Positions 55,534 through 64,000 of a stretch of DNA of 64,000 nt are shown here, piece by piece (position 1 is the first letter of the stretch; each line of letters opens with the position of its first letter). Source of the DNA: Candidatus Woesearchaeota archaeon (lineage in GTDB: Archaea > Nanobdellota > Nanobdellia > Pacearchaeales > GW2011-AR1); NCBI GenBank assembly GCA_964594115.1, contig CAZQLD010000002.1, forward strand, positions 10,450 to 74,449. Reading direction: 5' to 3'. The position numbers were made by a program, and so were the translations under genes. The notes under the pieces are model-generated. The model was not told where the DNA came from. It was given only the letters and a program-made list of their open reading frames with translations, and did not search any database.

Positions 55534-56613
55534 ATGGATGTTAATAATCTTTTGAGGCAAGAAATACAGGAGTTTGAAGATAGGGAGTATGCTCCTAAAA
55601 AGAAAGATTTAGATAAAAAATGTGATTTATCTTTAAATATAAACCCCTTAGGAGCTTCTCCTAAAGCTGTTTCTAGGTTAAAGGAGTTTGATTCCAGAAA
55701 ATTAAGTCATTATTATCCTGAAAATATGGAGCTTTTAAGTGAAATTGCTTCTTATGTAAATCTAAATACTAATCAGATAATGCTTGGAGATGGGTGTGAT
55801 GGATGTTTACAAATGATTGCAAGCACATTTATTGATAAAGGAGATGAGGTTATTATTCCTACTCCTACTTTTCATAGATATGAATTTCACGCAAAAATAA
55901 TGGGTGGAGAGCCTATTTTTGTTCCTATGGAAAATTTTGAATTAAATCCAGAACATATATTTAATAAGGTTACTGAAAAGACTAAAATTTTATTCTTGTG
56001 TAACCCAAATAATCCTACAGGAATAGGAATAAGTAAGGGGGTAAAAGAAGAGGTAATAAAGAATTTTAAGGGGATTGTTGTTGTTGATGAAGCTCTTGCA
56101 GATGCAACTGGGATAAATGGGGCTTCATTATTAGAAAAATATGATAATCTTATCGTTGCGAGATCTTTTTCTAAGACTTTTGGATTAGCATCTCTTAGAA
56201 TAGGATATATTTTATCAAATCCTAAGATTATTGAGCAAATTAAAAAAACCTCTTCTCCGTTTAGAGTTAATGGTGTTGCCCAAGAGTTATCTATAGAATC
56301 TTTGAGAGATAAAGAACATATTAACAAATCAAAGGAGTATATTGATAAAAACAGAGAGTTTTTAATTTCAAATCTTAATAAAATGGGGTTGAAATGTACT
56401 AAGTCTATTACAGCTAATTTTTTAGTAGATATATCTAAAATTTCTAATGATTCTACAGAGTTTGTAAAGCAGTTTAAAGAAAAAGGAGTATTAGTAACAG
56501 ATGCTAAAGTATTTAGGCTTTCTAAAAATACTTTTGTTAGGGTTTCTGTAGCTAGTGAGGAAGAAAACAAGAAATTTATAGAGATTTTATCAGAAAAATT
56601 AAATAATCTTTAA
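55534..56613 (+). CDS. class I/II PLP aminotransferase (HisC / aromatic aminotransferase-like)
   Basis: 'FLCNPNNPTG', 'VVVDEA', 'ARSFSKTFGLASLRIGYILSNPKII' (Lys in SFSK). Confidence 0.6.
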   Translation: MDVNNLLRQEIQEFEDREYAPKKKDLDKKCDLSLNINPLGASPKAVSRLKEFDSRKLSHYYPENMELLSEIASYVNLNTNQIMLGDGCDGCLQMIASTFIDKGDEVIIPTPTFHRYEFHAKIMGGEPIFVPMENFELNPEHIFNKVTEKTKILFLCNPNNPTGIGISKGVKEEVIKNFKGIVVVDEALADATGINGASLLEKYDNLIVARSFSKTFGLASLRIGYILSNPKIIEQIKKTSSPFRVNGVAQELSIESLRDKEHINKSKEYIDKNREFLISNLNKMGLKCTKSITANFLVDISKISNDSTEFVKQFKEKGVLVTDAKVFRLSKNTFVRVSVASEEENKKFIEILSEKLNNL

Positions 56614-57816
56614 TTCTTTCTCACTAACCATCTTTTCTTTACCTGTTTTCATATTCCTTAATTTTATTTTTCCTTTTTTAACTTCTTGTTCTCCAAGAAA
56701 AATCACATAAGGGATTTTTAAGGAATTTGCATATTCAAGTGCTTTTCCTGGTTTTCCATAATAAATCTGACAAGGAATAGAGAGATTTCTTATTTTCTCT
56801 GCTAATGAGATAGCTTTTTTATCCTGGTTTAAAGAGATAATTAGGATTTGTTTTTTTGTAGGATCAATTTTAGTTAATAATGCTAATCTGTCTAAACCAA
56901 AAGAGATTCCTGTTGATTGAACGCCATTAACCATATATGAGCCTCCAGCAGCAGAAATTCCAATTCTTTTTAATTTTTCTACATAGGCTTTAATTTCAAA
57001 GACTGTTCCGTTATAGTATGAAAGGCCTCTTGCAACAAAAGGTGAAAAATTGAATTTAACATTATAGATATTACAATATTCCCTTAGTTTTTTGATTTCA
57101 GAGTAGGCTTTGTATTTTTTAAAATATTTTTCAGGTTTTTTGAAAATTGAAAGAATCTTATCTGCATTGTATTTTTTTAAGCCAGTAGAATATTTTTTTA
57201 AATTCTTTTTTATTTCAGATTCTGGAAGTTTATCAAGTTTATCAATTTCTTTTATAATTTTTATCTTATCTTTTTCTTTAATTCTTAGTTCTTCTAGAAT
57301 TTCATTTAAAAGTTTTCTATTATTAACATTGATTGTGAATGTAATTCTTAGTTTGTTAAATATTTTAGATACTATTTTCAAAATTTCAGCTTCATCTTTT
57401 ATTGTTGAGCCCACTATATCTGCATCACATTGTATAAATTGCCTGAATCTTCCGCTTTTTACAGGCTCGTCTCTGAAAACAGGGCCTATTTGATATCTTC
57501 TGTATGGGAGTTTTTTGTTTTTTGCAAGACGTTTGAGTTGGAATGTAAATTCGTATCTTAAAGCAAGTTTTCTTTTTCCCTTATCTTGAAGTTTAAATAT
57601 GTCACCTACTGCCTCATCATTTTCATTGTTTGATTTAACAAATTTTTCATACTCTATTATGGGTGTTTCAACTGGCTGGAAATTGTAAAGCTGAAAGGTA
57701 TTTTCAATTATATTCCTTATAGCAATTCTTTTGCTTGCTTCAATATCTCTAAATCCTTTTACTGTGCCTAAGACACCGGTGGTTTCTTTAGGCTTCAACT
57801 TCCTTTTATTCACCAT
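56599..57816 (-). CDS. hisS: histidine--tRNA ligase
   Basis: Class II. 'GPVFRDEPVKSGRFRQFIQCDADIVG' is the HisRS motif 2 region. 'AAGGSYMV' is the His-binding region. Confidence 0.75.
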   Translation of the reverse strand: MVNKRKLKPKETTGVLGTVKGFRDIEASKRIAIRNIIENTFQLYNFQPVETPIIEYEKFVKSNNENDEAVGDIFKLQDKGKRKLALRYEFTFQLKRLAKNKKLPYRRYQIGPVFRDEPVKSGRFRQFIQCDADIVGSTIKDEAEILKIVSKIFNKLRITFTINVNNRKLLNEILEELRIKEKDKIKIIKEIDKLDKLPESEIKKNLKKYSTGLKKYNADKILSIFKKPEKYFKKYKAYSEIKKLREYCNIYNVKFNFSPFVARGLSYYNGTVFEIKAYVEKLKRIGISAAGGSYMVNGVQSTGISFGLDRLALLTKIDPTKKQILIISLNQDKKAISLAEKIRNLSIPCQIYYGKPGKALEYANSLKIPYVIFLGEQEVKKGKIKLRNMKTGKEKMVSEKELKII

Positions 57817-57838
57817 ATTAATTTGCCTCCTTTTGAAA

Positions 57839-57922
57839 AGCGGAAGGAGAGAATCGAACTCTCGTCTTCAGGATTTTGCGGGATTCCACAACCTGACATT
57901 CTGCCACTAAACTACATCCGCC
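57839..57922 (-). tRNA. tRNA-His (anticodon GTG) with encoded G-1 and ~12-nt anticodon-loop insertion
   Basis: Reverse complement: G(-1)-GCGGATG-TA-GTTT..GAAT-G-TCAGG-TTGTGG then [AATCCCGCAAAA] then T-CCTGA-AGAC-GAGAG-TTCGATT-CTCTC-CTTCCGC-T. One U-U at 6:67. Sits directly 5' of hisS. Confidence 0.6.
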
Positions 57923-58073
57923 ATATTTATCTCTAAACAAAGAGAGTATAAAAATGTTTTTTATGTTAGAATTTGGAAAGCTTAAGCTAAGAAAATCTGT
58001 TCCGCCCTCAATGGGGAAACCTCCGATATAATTTGCTTTCCATAATCCAGTTTATATTTTAAGCTTTTTAAAT

Positions 58074-58511
58074 TTATCCCTTGCTATATAAACCTACTAA
58101 TTCTGCTTTTTCTATGGTATGCCCTTGCATCGCAGCTTCTAGCTGTTTTTTTGTAGAACCTTCTTTTAAGTCCAGTTCTGTGTCTAAAGCATAAATTTTA
58201 AAGAAATATCTGTGAGTCCCACTTGGAGGACAAGGGCCCCCATAACCCAAAGTTCCAAAATCACTTGTTCCTTCAAGACCTATTTTTACATTTTCCTTTA
58301 TGCTTTCCATTGTTCCTGAAAAAGGAATATTCCACACAACCCAGTGAACCCAGGTTCCTGAGGGAGCATCAGGGTCATCTGCAATTAATGCCAAACTCTT
58401 TGCATTTACAGGAATTCCGCTTATTTCTAAAGGCGGAGAAACATTTTCACCATCACAAGTATATTTACTTGGAATAGCTTCATTGTTTAAAAATACTGAT
58501 TTGATTTGCAT
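58074..58511 (-). CDS. PEBP/YbhB-YbcL family protein
   Basis: 'DDPDAPSGTWVHWVVWNIP', 'GYGGPCPPSGTHRYFFKIYALD'. Confidence 0.75.
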   Translation of the reverse strand: MQIKSVFLNNEAIPSKYTCDGENVSPPLEISGIPVNAKSLALIADDPDAPSGTWVHWVVWNIPFSGTMESIKENVKIGLEGTSDFGTLGYGGPCPPSGTHRYFFKIYALDTELDLKEGSTKKQLEAAMQGHTIEKAELVGLYSKG

Positions 58512-58552
58512 TTTTTATGTTTTTATTGAGATTTTAGGATATTAAAATTTTT

Positions 58553-58777
58553 CTAATTAATTATTCTTTTTAGTAAGAAATCATATACATCTGCTTCTAA
58601 TTTTGCTGATTGAACTGACATAGAATATATTTGGATACTCTTTTGACTAGCTCTTTTACATTGTTCATACCTCTTCTTCATTGCTTGCAACAAGCACATT
58701 CTATTCTCTGCACTAGCTCTTTTTTCTACAAGCTCTGATTCACTTAATTCACCTAATGTTCTAATCATTATATTCAA
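58553..58777 (-). CDS. small hypothetical protein
   Basis: ORF only. Confidence 0.25.
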   Translation of the reverse strand: MNIMIRTLGELSESELVEKRASAENRMCLLQAMKKRYEQCKRASQKSIQIYSMSVQSAKLEADVYDFLLKRIIN

Positions 58778-58818
58778 TTAGCGAATATATTTATAAATAT
58801 TTATGTTTTAGAGAAGTT

Positions 58819-59433
58819 ATGGCAAGATTTAAGTTTTATGCTTTATGGTTATGTCTTATTTGTATAGGTGTTTTTATTTTGCAAATTAGTTTTACGGGAT
58901 TTACAGAGTTGTTTATCTTAAATCAAAATAGTTTTAGTGAGTTTTGGAGATTTTTAACAGCTATTTTTCTGCATGCAGATGTTGTTCATTTATTGTATAA
59001 TTTATTTGCTTTAGCTTTATTTGGAAGTATTTTAGAGAAGTTTATTGGAGGAAAGAAGTTTTTATTGATTTTCTTTTTATCGGGAATCTTTGCAAGTCTT
59101 ATAGCAGTTAATTTTTATCCTTCGTCACTTGGTGCATCAGGAGCGGTTTATGGTATTTTAGGATGTTTAGCTATAATTAGGCCAAAAATGATGGTTTGGG
59201 CATTTGGTTTTCCAATGCCCATGTTTATTGCAGCAATTTTATGGACTCTAGGAAGTGTTTTAGGAGTTTTTATGCCAAGTAATATAGGGCATATTGCCCA
59301 TTTGTCTGGAATTTTAGTAGGATTTTTATTTGGTATTTTTCTTAGACAAAAAAGAAAAATAAGAAGGGAGAAAATCAGAATTCCTGAAACTTATATGAGA
59401 GAGTGGGAAAGGAGATATATGAGGACTAGATAA
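58819..59433 (+). CDS. rhomboid family intramembrane serine protease
   Basis: 'GASGAVYGILG' (catalytic Ser in GxSG) and 'AHLSGILVGFLFG' (His). 6 TM helices. Confidence 0.8.
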   Translation: MARFKFYALWLCLICIGVFILQISFTGFTELFILNQNSFSEFWRFLTAIFLHADVVHLLYNLFALALFGSILEKFIGGKKFLLIFFLSGIFASLIAVNFYPSSLGASGAVYGILGCLAIIRPKMMVWAFGFPMPMFIAAILWTLGSVLGVFMPSNIGHIAHLSGILVGFLFGIFLRQKRKIRREKIRIPETYMREWERRYMRTR

Positions 59434-59773
59434 AGTCATATGTATCTTTAATTCCTGTTGACATTTCTCTAGCAAGATATATTTTGGGATCTAGTTTATA
59501 ATTATGAGAGGTAATGGGGTAATAATCTTTGTAAGGACCAGTAGTTTGTTGGTGAGTAAGGTTTAATTCACTAGTCAATCTTCCTATAGCTGGGCTGTAT
59601 GCTCCTTCTGTTAAAGAACCTACACTAATTTCATCATCATGAAGTCTTCTATAGTATTGCTTTTTTTCTCCTCTGTTTTGAGAATATTTAGGATATTTTC
59701 TTAGAGGCGTAACTCTTCTCTTTCTCCTGTGTCTTTTAGGCCTCCTCTTTTTTTTAATAATTCCCTTGGTCAT
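59426..59773 (-). CDS. highly basic hypothetical protein
   Basis: 'KKKRRPKRHRRKRR' N-terminus. Confidence 0.3.
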   Translation of the reverse strand: MTKGIIKKKRRPKRHRRKRRVTPLRKYPKYSQNRGEKKQYYRRLHDDEISVGSLTEGAYSPAIGRLTSELNLTHQQTTGPYKDYYPITSHNYKLDPKIYLAREMSTGIKDTYDFI

Positions 59774-59854
59774 GTTTTTATATAGAAAAATGGTTTTTAA
59801 TCTTTGTTATTCTGCATTATAAACTTTTAAAAACTAGTTTTTCCTTTTTTTACT

Positions 59855-61042
59855 ATGGTTATTTTCACTAGAAAAAAAGAGGATTTGATATTAACCAGGA
59901 TTGGAAAGTTATGTTTTGTTAGTTTTATATCAGCCATAGCTTTTTCTTTTGTGACAACAATTTTTGCTGTTTACTTAGACAGTTTTTTTAATAATGCTGT
60001 TATTGTTGGTTTAGTTTCAACTTTTTTTACAGTTATTGCAATGGTTTCATATTTTTTATTTATACCGCTAATAGAAAGATTTGATAAAGAAAAAATATAT
60101 GTCTTGTCTCTTCTGGTTTTTGCTATAACTTATGCTTTGTTTGCAATAAATACAAGTATTATGGGTTTGGTTATTATTGGCATTTTTTTGTTTGTTGCAG
60201 GAGCTTTTAGAGTTACGAGTTTTGGTATAATTATTAAGAATAAGTCACCAAGGAGAAAGTTATCAAGAAACGAGGGCCTTGTCTATACTTTTGCTAATAC
60301 ATCTTGGATTATTGGGCCTCTAATTGCAGGGATAGTGGCTGCAAAATATGGGATAAGAAGTATGTTTGTTATTTCTGCTATTATTATTTTAATAGTAATT
60401 TTTATTTTTAGCTCATCAGGAATAAAGGACCATAAAATAAAAAAGAGAGTGGATAAAAGTGTCTATAAGAATTTTGTTGATTTTTTTAAAAATAAGGATA
60501 GGGTGATGGCTTATGTTTTAAGGGGGGGAGTGAGTTTCTGGTGGATACTTATTTATTTATATGCCCCACTATATATAATAAGACAGGGTTTAGGGATAGA
60601 ATGGGTTGGGTACTTTCTATTCGCAGTCCCGATTCCTTTGATTCTTCTTGAGTATAAATTTTCAAAGATAGCTGAGAAAACTGGCTTTAAGAAAATGTTT
60701 AAAATCGGTTATTTAATAACCTTTATTTTCTGTTTATTGTGTTTTTTTGTCTCAAATATTTTTGCAATTTTTGCTTTTGTAATACTTGCCTCTATAGGGA
60801 TGGCTATGCTTGAGCCAACAACAGAAGCTTATTTCTTTGATATTTGCAAAGGAAAACAAGATTTAAGGTTCTATGGCCCATTTAATACGGCCTTGGATTC
60901 TGGAAAATTATTGGGAAAGATACTTCCAGCATTAGTCCTTTTGGTTTTGCCATTTAACTATACTTTCTTGTTATTTGGTATAATTATGTTCTTTTTATTC
61001 TTGTTATCTTTTAGATTAAGAGATGTAATTGAAAGAAAGTGA
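59855..61042 (+). CDS. MFS-type transporter
   Basis: ~12 TM helices; 'GRVTSFGIIIKNKSPRRKLSRNEGL' loop between TM2 and TM3. Confidence 0.5.
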   Translation: MVIFTRKKEDLILTRIGKLCFVSFISAIAFSFVTTIFAVYLDSFFNNAVIVGLVSTFFTVIAMVSYFLFIPLIERFDKEKIYVLSLLVFAITYALFAINTSIMGLVIIGIFLFVAGAFRVTSFGIIIKNKSPRRKLSRNEGLVYTFANTSWIIGPLIAGIVAAKYGIRSMFVISAIIILIVIFIFSSSGIKDHKIKKRVDKSVYKNFVDFFKNKDRVMAYVLRGGVSFWWILIYLYAPLYIIRQGLGIEWVGYFLFAVPIPLILLEYKFSKIAEKTGFKKMFKIGYLITFIFCLLCFFVSNIFAIFAFVILASIGMAMLEPTTEAYFFDICKGKQDLRFYGPFNTALDSGKLLGKILPALVLLVLPFNYTFLLFGIIMFFLFLLSFRLRDVIERK

Positions 61043-61144
61043 GGAAAGAGGAGAAAGGCTGAGTGAAACTGGTTTCAAACAAATCTTTAAAAAGGGTTTC
61101 TTTTTGAATTTTTTATGAAAGTGAAAAACCTTTTATAAAATTTT

Positions 61145-61546
61145 TTATCGAATTACCCAGGTTTGGACTATAATCACTATAATAGCTATAATGCTTATAA
61201 TTCCTTTAATAGCAAGAAAAGCTGGATTATTTATTCTTATGAAGGGGAAACTGAATATTCCTGCAACAATAGCGATGATTCCTATAATTACTGTTGTGAG
61301 GTGAGTGAAGTTATTTGAGTTCATGCCTTTTTCAATTGATTTTAGTCTTCTTACTTTTGATTCTAAAATCAATCCCACACCTATTATTAACATTAATAGA
61401 GATTCTATGTACTGGCTTAAGTCGTATTCAAATATAGTCTGGCTTACAATTCCTAGAAATCCAAGGATACTTACAATAGATAATGCACTAACAAACTTCT
61501 GAGAAATTTTTACTTTTCCACTCTTTTCATTCACTTCTTTTTCCAT
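61145..61546 (-). CDS. small membrane protein (4 TM helices)
   Basis: Hydrophobic profile. Confidence 0.35.
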   Translation of the reverse strand: MEKEVNEKSGKVKISQKFVSALSIVSILGFLGIVSQTIFEYDLSQYIESLLMLIIGVGLILESKVRRLKSIEKGMNSNNFTHLTTVIIGIIAIVAGIFSFPFIRINNPAFLAIKGIISIIAIIVIIVQTWVIR

Positions 61547-61648
61547 ATATTCCTATAAACTTATTCTTTATAAACTTATTCTATTAAGATTCAACAAAGA
61601 TTATTTAAGAAGAATTTATAAATAAGTTTTTCTTAATTTTTATATAAA

Positions 61649-62113
61649 ATGGGTGATATAATAGATTTTAAGTATTTAAAAAAGTTTTGTGATAGGAAAT
61701 TAATTAGAAGATTTAAGGATATGAGAGATTCTTATAAAAATCCAGAAAGGATAAAAGGCAATCCCTTGATTTATATTGTTTATATAAAGGACCTGGGCAA
61801 CTTTGAAAGTGGATTAACTGTTATTGAGCCAGGGGCAATAAATAAAGAGTTCTTTATGACAAAAGGGCACAGGCATAAAAAACCGACAAAAGAGCTGTAT
61901 TTTTTAATAAAAGGAAAAGGAAAACTATTAATTGAAGATAAAAAAATTAAGATTTTTAATTTGAAAAAAAATAAGTTATATGTGGTTTCTGGAACTTCAG
62001 GACATAGGCTAATTAATTCAGGAAATAAAAAATTAGAGGTTTTAACTATTTATAGTAAAGATGCTGGGCATGATTATAATTTTAGGTTTAAAAAAAGAGT
62101 GTTTAAAAAATAA
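61649..62113 (+). CDS. cupin-fold protein, cupin-type phosphoglucose isomerase-like
   Basis: 'TKGHRHKKPTKELYFLIKGKG' fits the cPGI TxGHxH-x7-9-E-x-Y metal motif. Confidence 0.4.
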   Translation: MGDIIDFKYLKKFCDRKLIRRFKDMRDSYKNPERIKGNPLIYIVYIKDLGNFESGLTVIEPGAINKEFFMTKGHRHKKPTKELYFLIKGKGKLLIEDKKIKIFNLKKNKLYVVSGTSGHRLINSGNKKLEVLTIYSKDAGHDYNFRFKKRVFKK

Positions 62114-63251
62114 AATGGATTTAATTAAGAAGAGCATTCAAGTGTTGAAAAAACTGCAATTGAAAAACGGAGGAATTTTGTCTACCCCCTTGAACGGAGC
62201 TTATCCTTATGTTTATACAAGAGATGGTGTTATAATGACCCTTGCTTTAAATTCTGTTGGGTTATGTAAAAACTCAGAGAAATTTTATTATTTTATTAGG
62301 AAATTCAGTAAAATAGAAGATTATAAAGAAATATTTCAAAGGTACAATGTAAATGGCTGGCCGTGCGTCACAAGGAAAGATGAAAATGATAATGAGGGTT
62401 TATTATTGCATGGTCTGTATGATACATATTTACATAATAAGAAAGAAACTTTTATTGCAAATATGTGGTCTATGGTAGAAGGGGTTGTTGGATTAATTTA
62501 TTCTTATTCAAAGACAGGGCTTATAAAAACAGAAAGGAGCATACATGAGTTTTATAGATTAGAAAATGGATATGATATTTGGGCAAATTGTGCATGTTTA
62601 AGAGGGTTAAAAGATGCCATAGAAATAGCAAAAGTATTAAACCATACTGAAGAGAGCAGGAAATGGAACAAAAAAGCAAAATTATTAGAAAAAAACATTA
62701 AGAATAAACTGTTTAATAAAAAACTTGGGATTTTTATGAAAAATACTAGGTTTCCTAAAATTCCTGATATGTCTCAGCTTGCACCTTTTTATTTTAATCT
62801 TGTAAACTCCAAAAGAATACTTAGGAAGACTATGGACCATCTTAGGAAGCATATTTTTGATGAAGAGACAGGGGGTTTCAGAAGGTTTAGGAAGTTTGAA
62901 ATTTGTAAGGATTGGCATTGGTATACTGGTGGTTCTGGTTCTTGGGTTGCATTAACGTGCTGGGCTGCGAAGTTCTATAAGCAGTTAGGGAATAGAGAAA
63001 AGTATAGGGAATCTGTTAAATGGTTAAATGAAATAGCTTCTAAATCAAAGGGTATGCTTCCAGAGCATATAGCTACGAAAGCAGAATATGAGGATTGGAA
63101 AGCCCATGAAATAGAATTTAATTCAAGGATAATTAACGAGACAAAAAAAGCAGAGAAAACAATTAAGAGTTTTAAGGACAAAAAGATTATTTATTGGGCA
63201 ACTCCTCTTGGTTGGAGCCATGCTGAATATATTTTATTGCACGAAAGTTAA
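62061..63251 (+). CDS. GH15-like (alpha/alpha)6-barrel protein (glucoamylase/trehalase-related), catalytic acid motif non-canonical
   Basis: 'WHWYTGGSGSWVALTCW' and 'LPEHI' are GH15-like. The 'YDIWAN' site stands where YDLWEE is expected. Start likely 'MDLIKKS' ~62110. Confidence 0.4.
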   Translation: MLGMIIILGLKKECLKNKMDLIKKSIQVLKKLQLKNGGILSTPLNGAYPYVYTRDGVIMTLALNSVGLCKNSEKFYYFIRKFSKIEDYKEIFQRYNVNGWPCVTRKDENDNEGLLLHGLYDTYLHNKKETFIANMWSMVEGVVGLIYSYSKTGLIKTERSIHEFYRLENGYDIWANCACLRGLKDAIEIAKVLNHTEESRKWNKKAKLLEKNIKNKLFNKKLGIFMKNTRFPKIPDMSQLAPFYFNLVNSKRILRKTMDHLRKHIFDEETGGFRRFRKFEICKDWHWYTGGSGSWVALTCWAAKFYKQLGNREKYRESVKWLNEIASKSKGMLPEHIATKAEYEDWKAHEIEFNSRIINETKKAEKTIKSFKDKKIIYWATPLGWSHAEYILLHES

Positions 63252-63622
63252 GTAATAGGATAAGAGCTATTCTTCAATTTTTCCAATCCTTTTGATGTTA
63301 GATAACCTGAAAAAGCATTTTTCTGACGACTACTCCAAGTTAGTTCAAATTCTTCATCTAAATCCTTAATAATTTGCGTCTTTATAATTTCATTTAAAGT
63401 GTCATTTTCTGTATTTATCCATATTCCGATATCAATTGTTTTATCCTCTACAGTCAAAGCCTTTAGTACAGAAGATTCTACTGTTACGTTACCATAATTT
63501 GTGAACTCTCTTCCTGCGATAACAAATGTCTCATTATTTTCTTGAGCAATAGTTAAGTTAATATTTATAATCATAATTAAAACTAAAATTCCAAATATCA
63601 TCATTTTCTCTTTATTTTTCAT
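63248..63622 (-). CDS. small secreted protein
   Basis: Signal peptide 'MIFGILVLIMIININLTIAQ'. Confidence 0.35.
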   Translation of the reverse strand: MKNKEKMMIFGILVLIMIININLTIAQENNETFVIAGREFTNYGNVTVESSVLKALTVEDKTIDIGIWINTENDTLNEIIKTQIIKDLDEEFELTWSSRQKNAFSGYLTSKGLEKLKNSSYPIT

Positions 63623-64000
63623 TTTACGCTTAAAGCCACTAAAGCTATAGAAAATATTATTTTTCTATATTCTCTTTAACAAACCTATTTATTTAAATTT
63701 ATTCATTTTATTTATAATAAAGAATCTAGATATTCTTAACCCTCCTTAAACAACCACAACATCATTGGCATAACTTCTTCATTCTTCAGCTTTTTAATTT
63801 CTTTCATTAGGTCTTCAAAGCTTCTAAAGAATGCTAACCTATAAGAAAAGTTTTCCCGCTTTTCTTTAAGCTGGGAATCTTAAAACAAAACATTTAAATA
63901 GTAATATCAATTGATATTATTACTATGGAAACGAAAATCATTCGCAAAAAAAGTTATATGGAAAACAACGAGATAGCTAGAAGCCCTACTCTTCAGACTG

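Noticed and set aside
55887-57493. ORFs 55887..56570 (-) and 57110..57493 (+)
   Set aside because: They are antisense to the aminotransferase and hisS genes respectively.
1-64000. rRNA genes and IS/transposase genes
   Set aside because: No rRNA-like conserved stretches and no transposase or integrase ORFs were recognised. The only mobile-element hint is the 11-bp direct repeat pair flanking the NTase gene.

Overview
This is an AT-rich (~30% GC) archaeal window, most likely from a small-genome DPANN-type archaeon. That assignment is an inference from several sequence features. PheRS is the archaeal two-subunit type (pheS/pheT). rpoE', spt4, S24e and S27ae sit together in the usual archaeal arrangement. 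Three tRNAs carry anticodon-loop introns. There is no biosynthetic operon, while secreted and glycosylated proteins are abundant. Most of the window is ordinary: five tRNAs, six aminoacyl-tRNA synthetases (PheS, PheT, TrpRS, TyrRS, HisRS plus two TyrRS-like paralogs), adenylate kinase, UMP kinase, ScpA, a rhomboid protease, an MFS transporter, Memo, YjbQ and PEBP family proteins. Several things stand out. (1) An uninterrupted 11-kb ORF (3,671 aa) encodes TM1, a ~3,100-aa N-glycosylated extracellular region of Ig-like repeats, a poly-Gly linker, TM2 and a cytoplasmic FtsK/HerA/VirB4-class P-loop ATPase. It is followed by a cluster of Pro-rich and coiled-coil proteins and a mucin-like membrane protein, which I read as a candidate contact-dependent translocation apparatus. 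(2) A 2.9-kb-shorter paralogous surface protein lacks the ATPase. (3) Two degenerate TyrRS-like paralogs lie in tandem between trpS and tyrS, next to an apparently inactivated M28 peptidase homolog. (4) A yeast ARO7-type (eukaryotic AroQ) chorismate mutase sits beside them. (5) Two MazG genes and a DUF3850 gene are inserted between pheS and pheT. (6) One identical 312-bp tandem duplication occurs inside the giant gene. (7) Promoter-like 37-bp elements are repeated, and an 11-bp direct repeat brackets a nucleotidyltransferase gene. No rRNA, CRISPR array or recognisable transposase is present.
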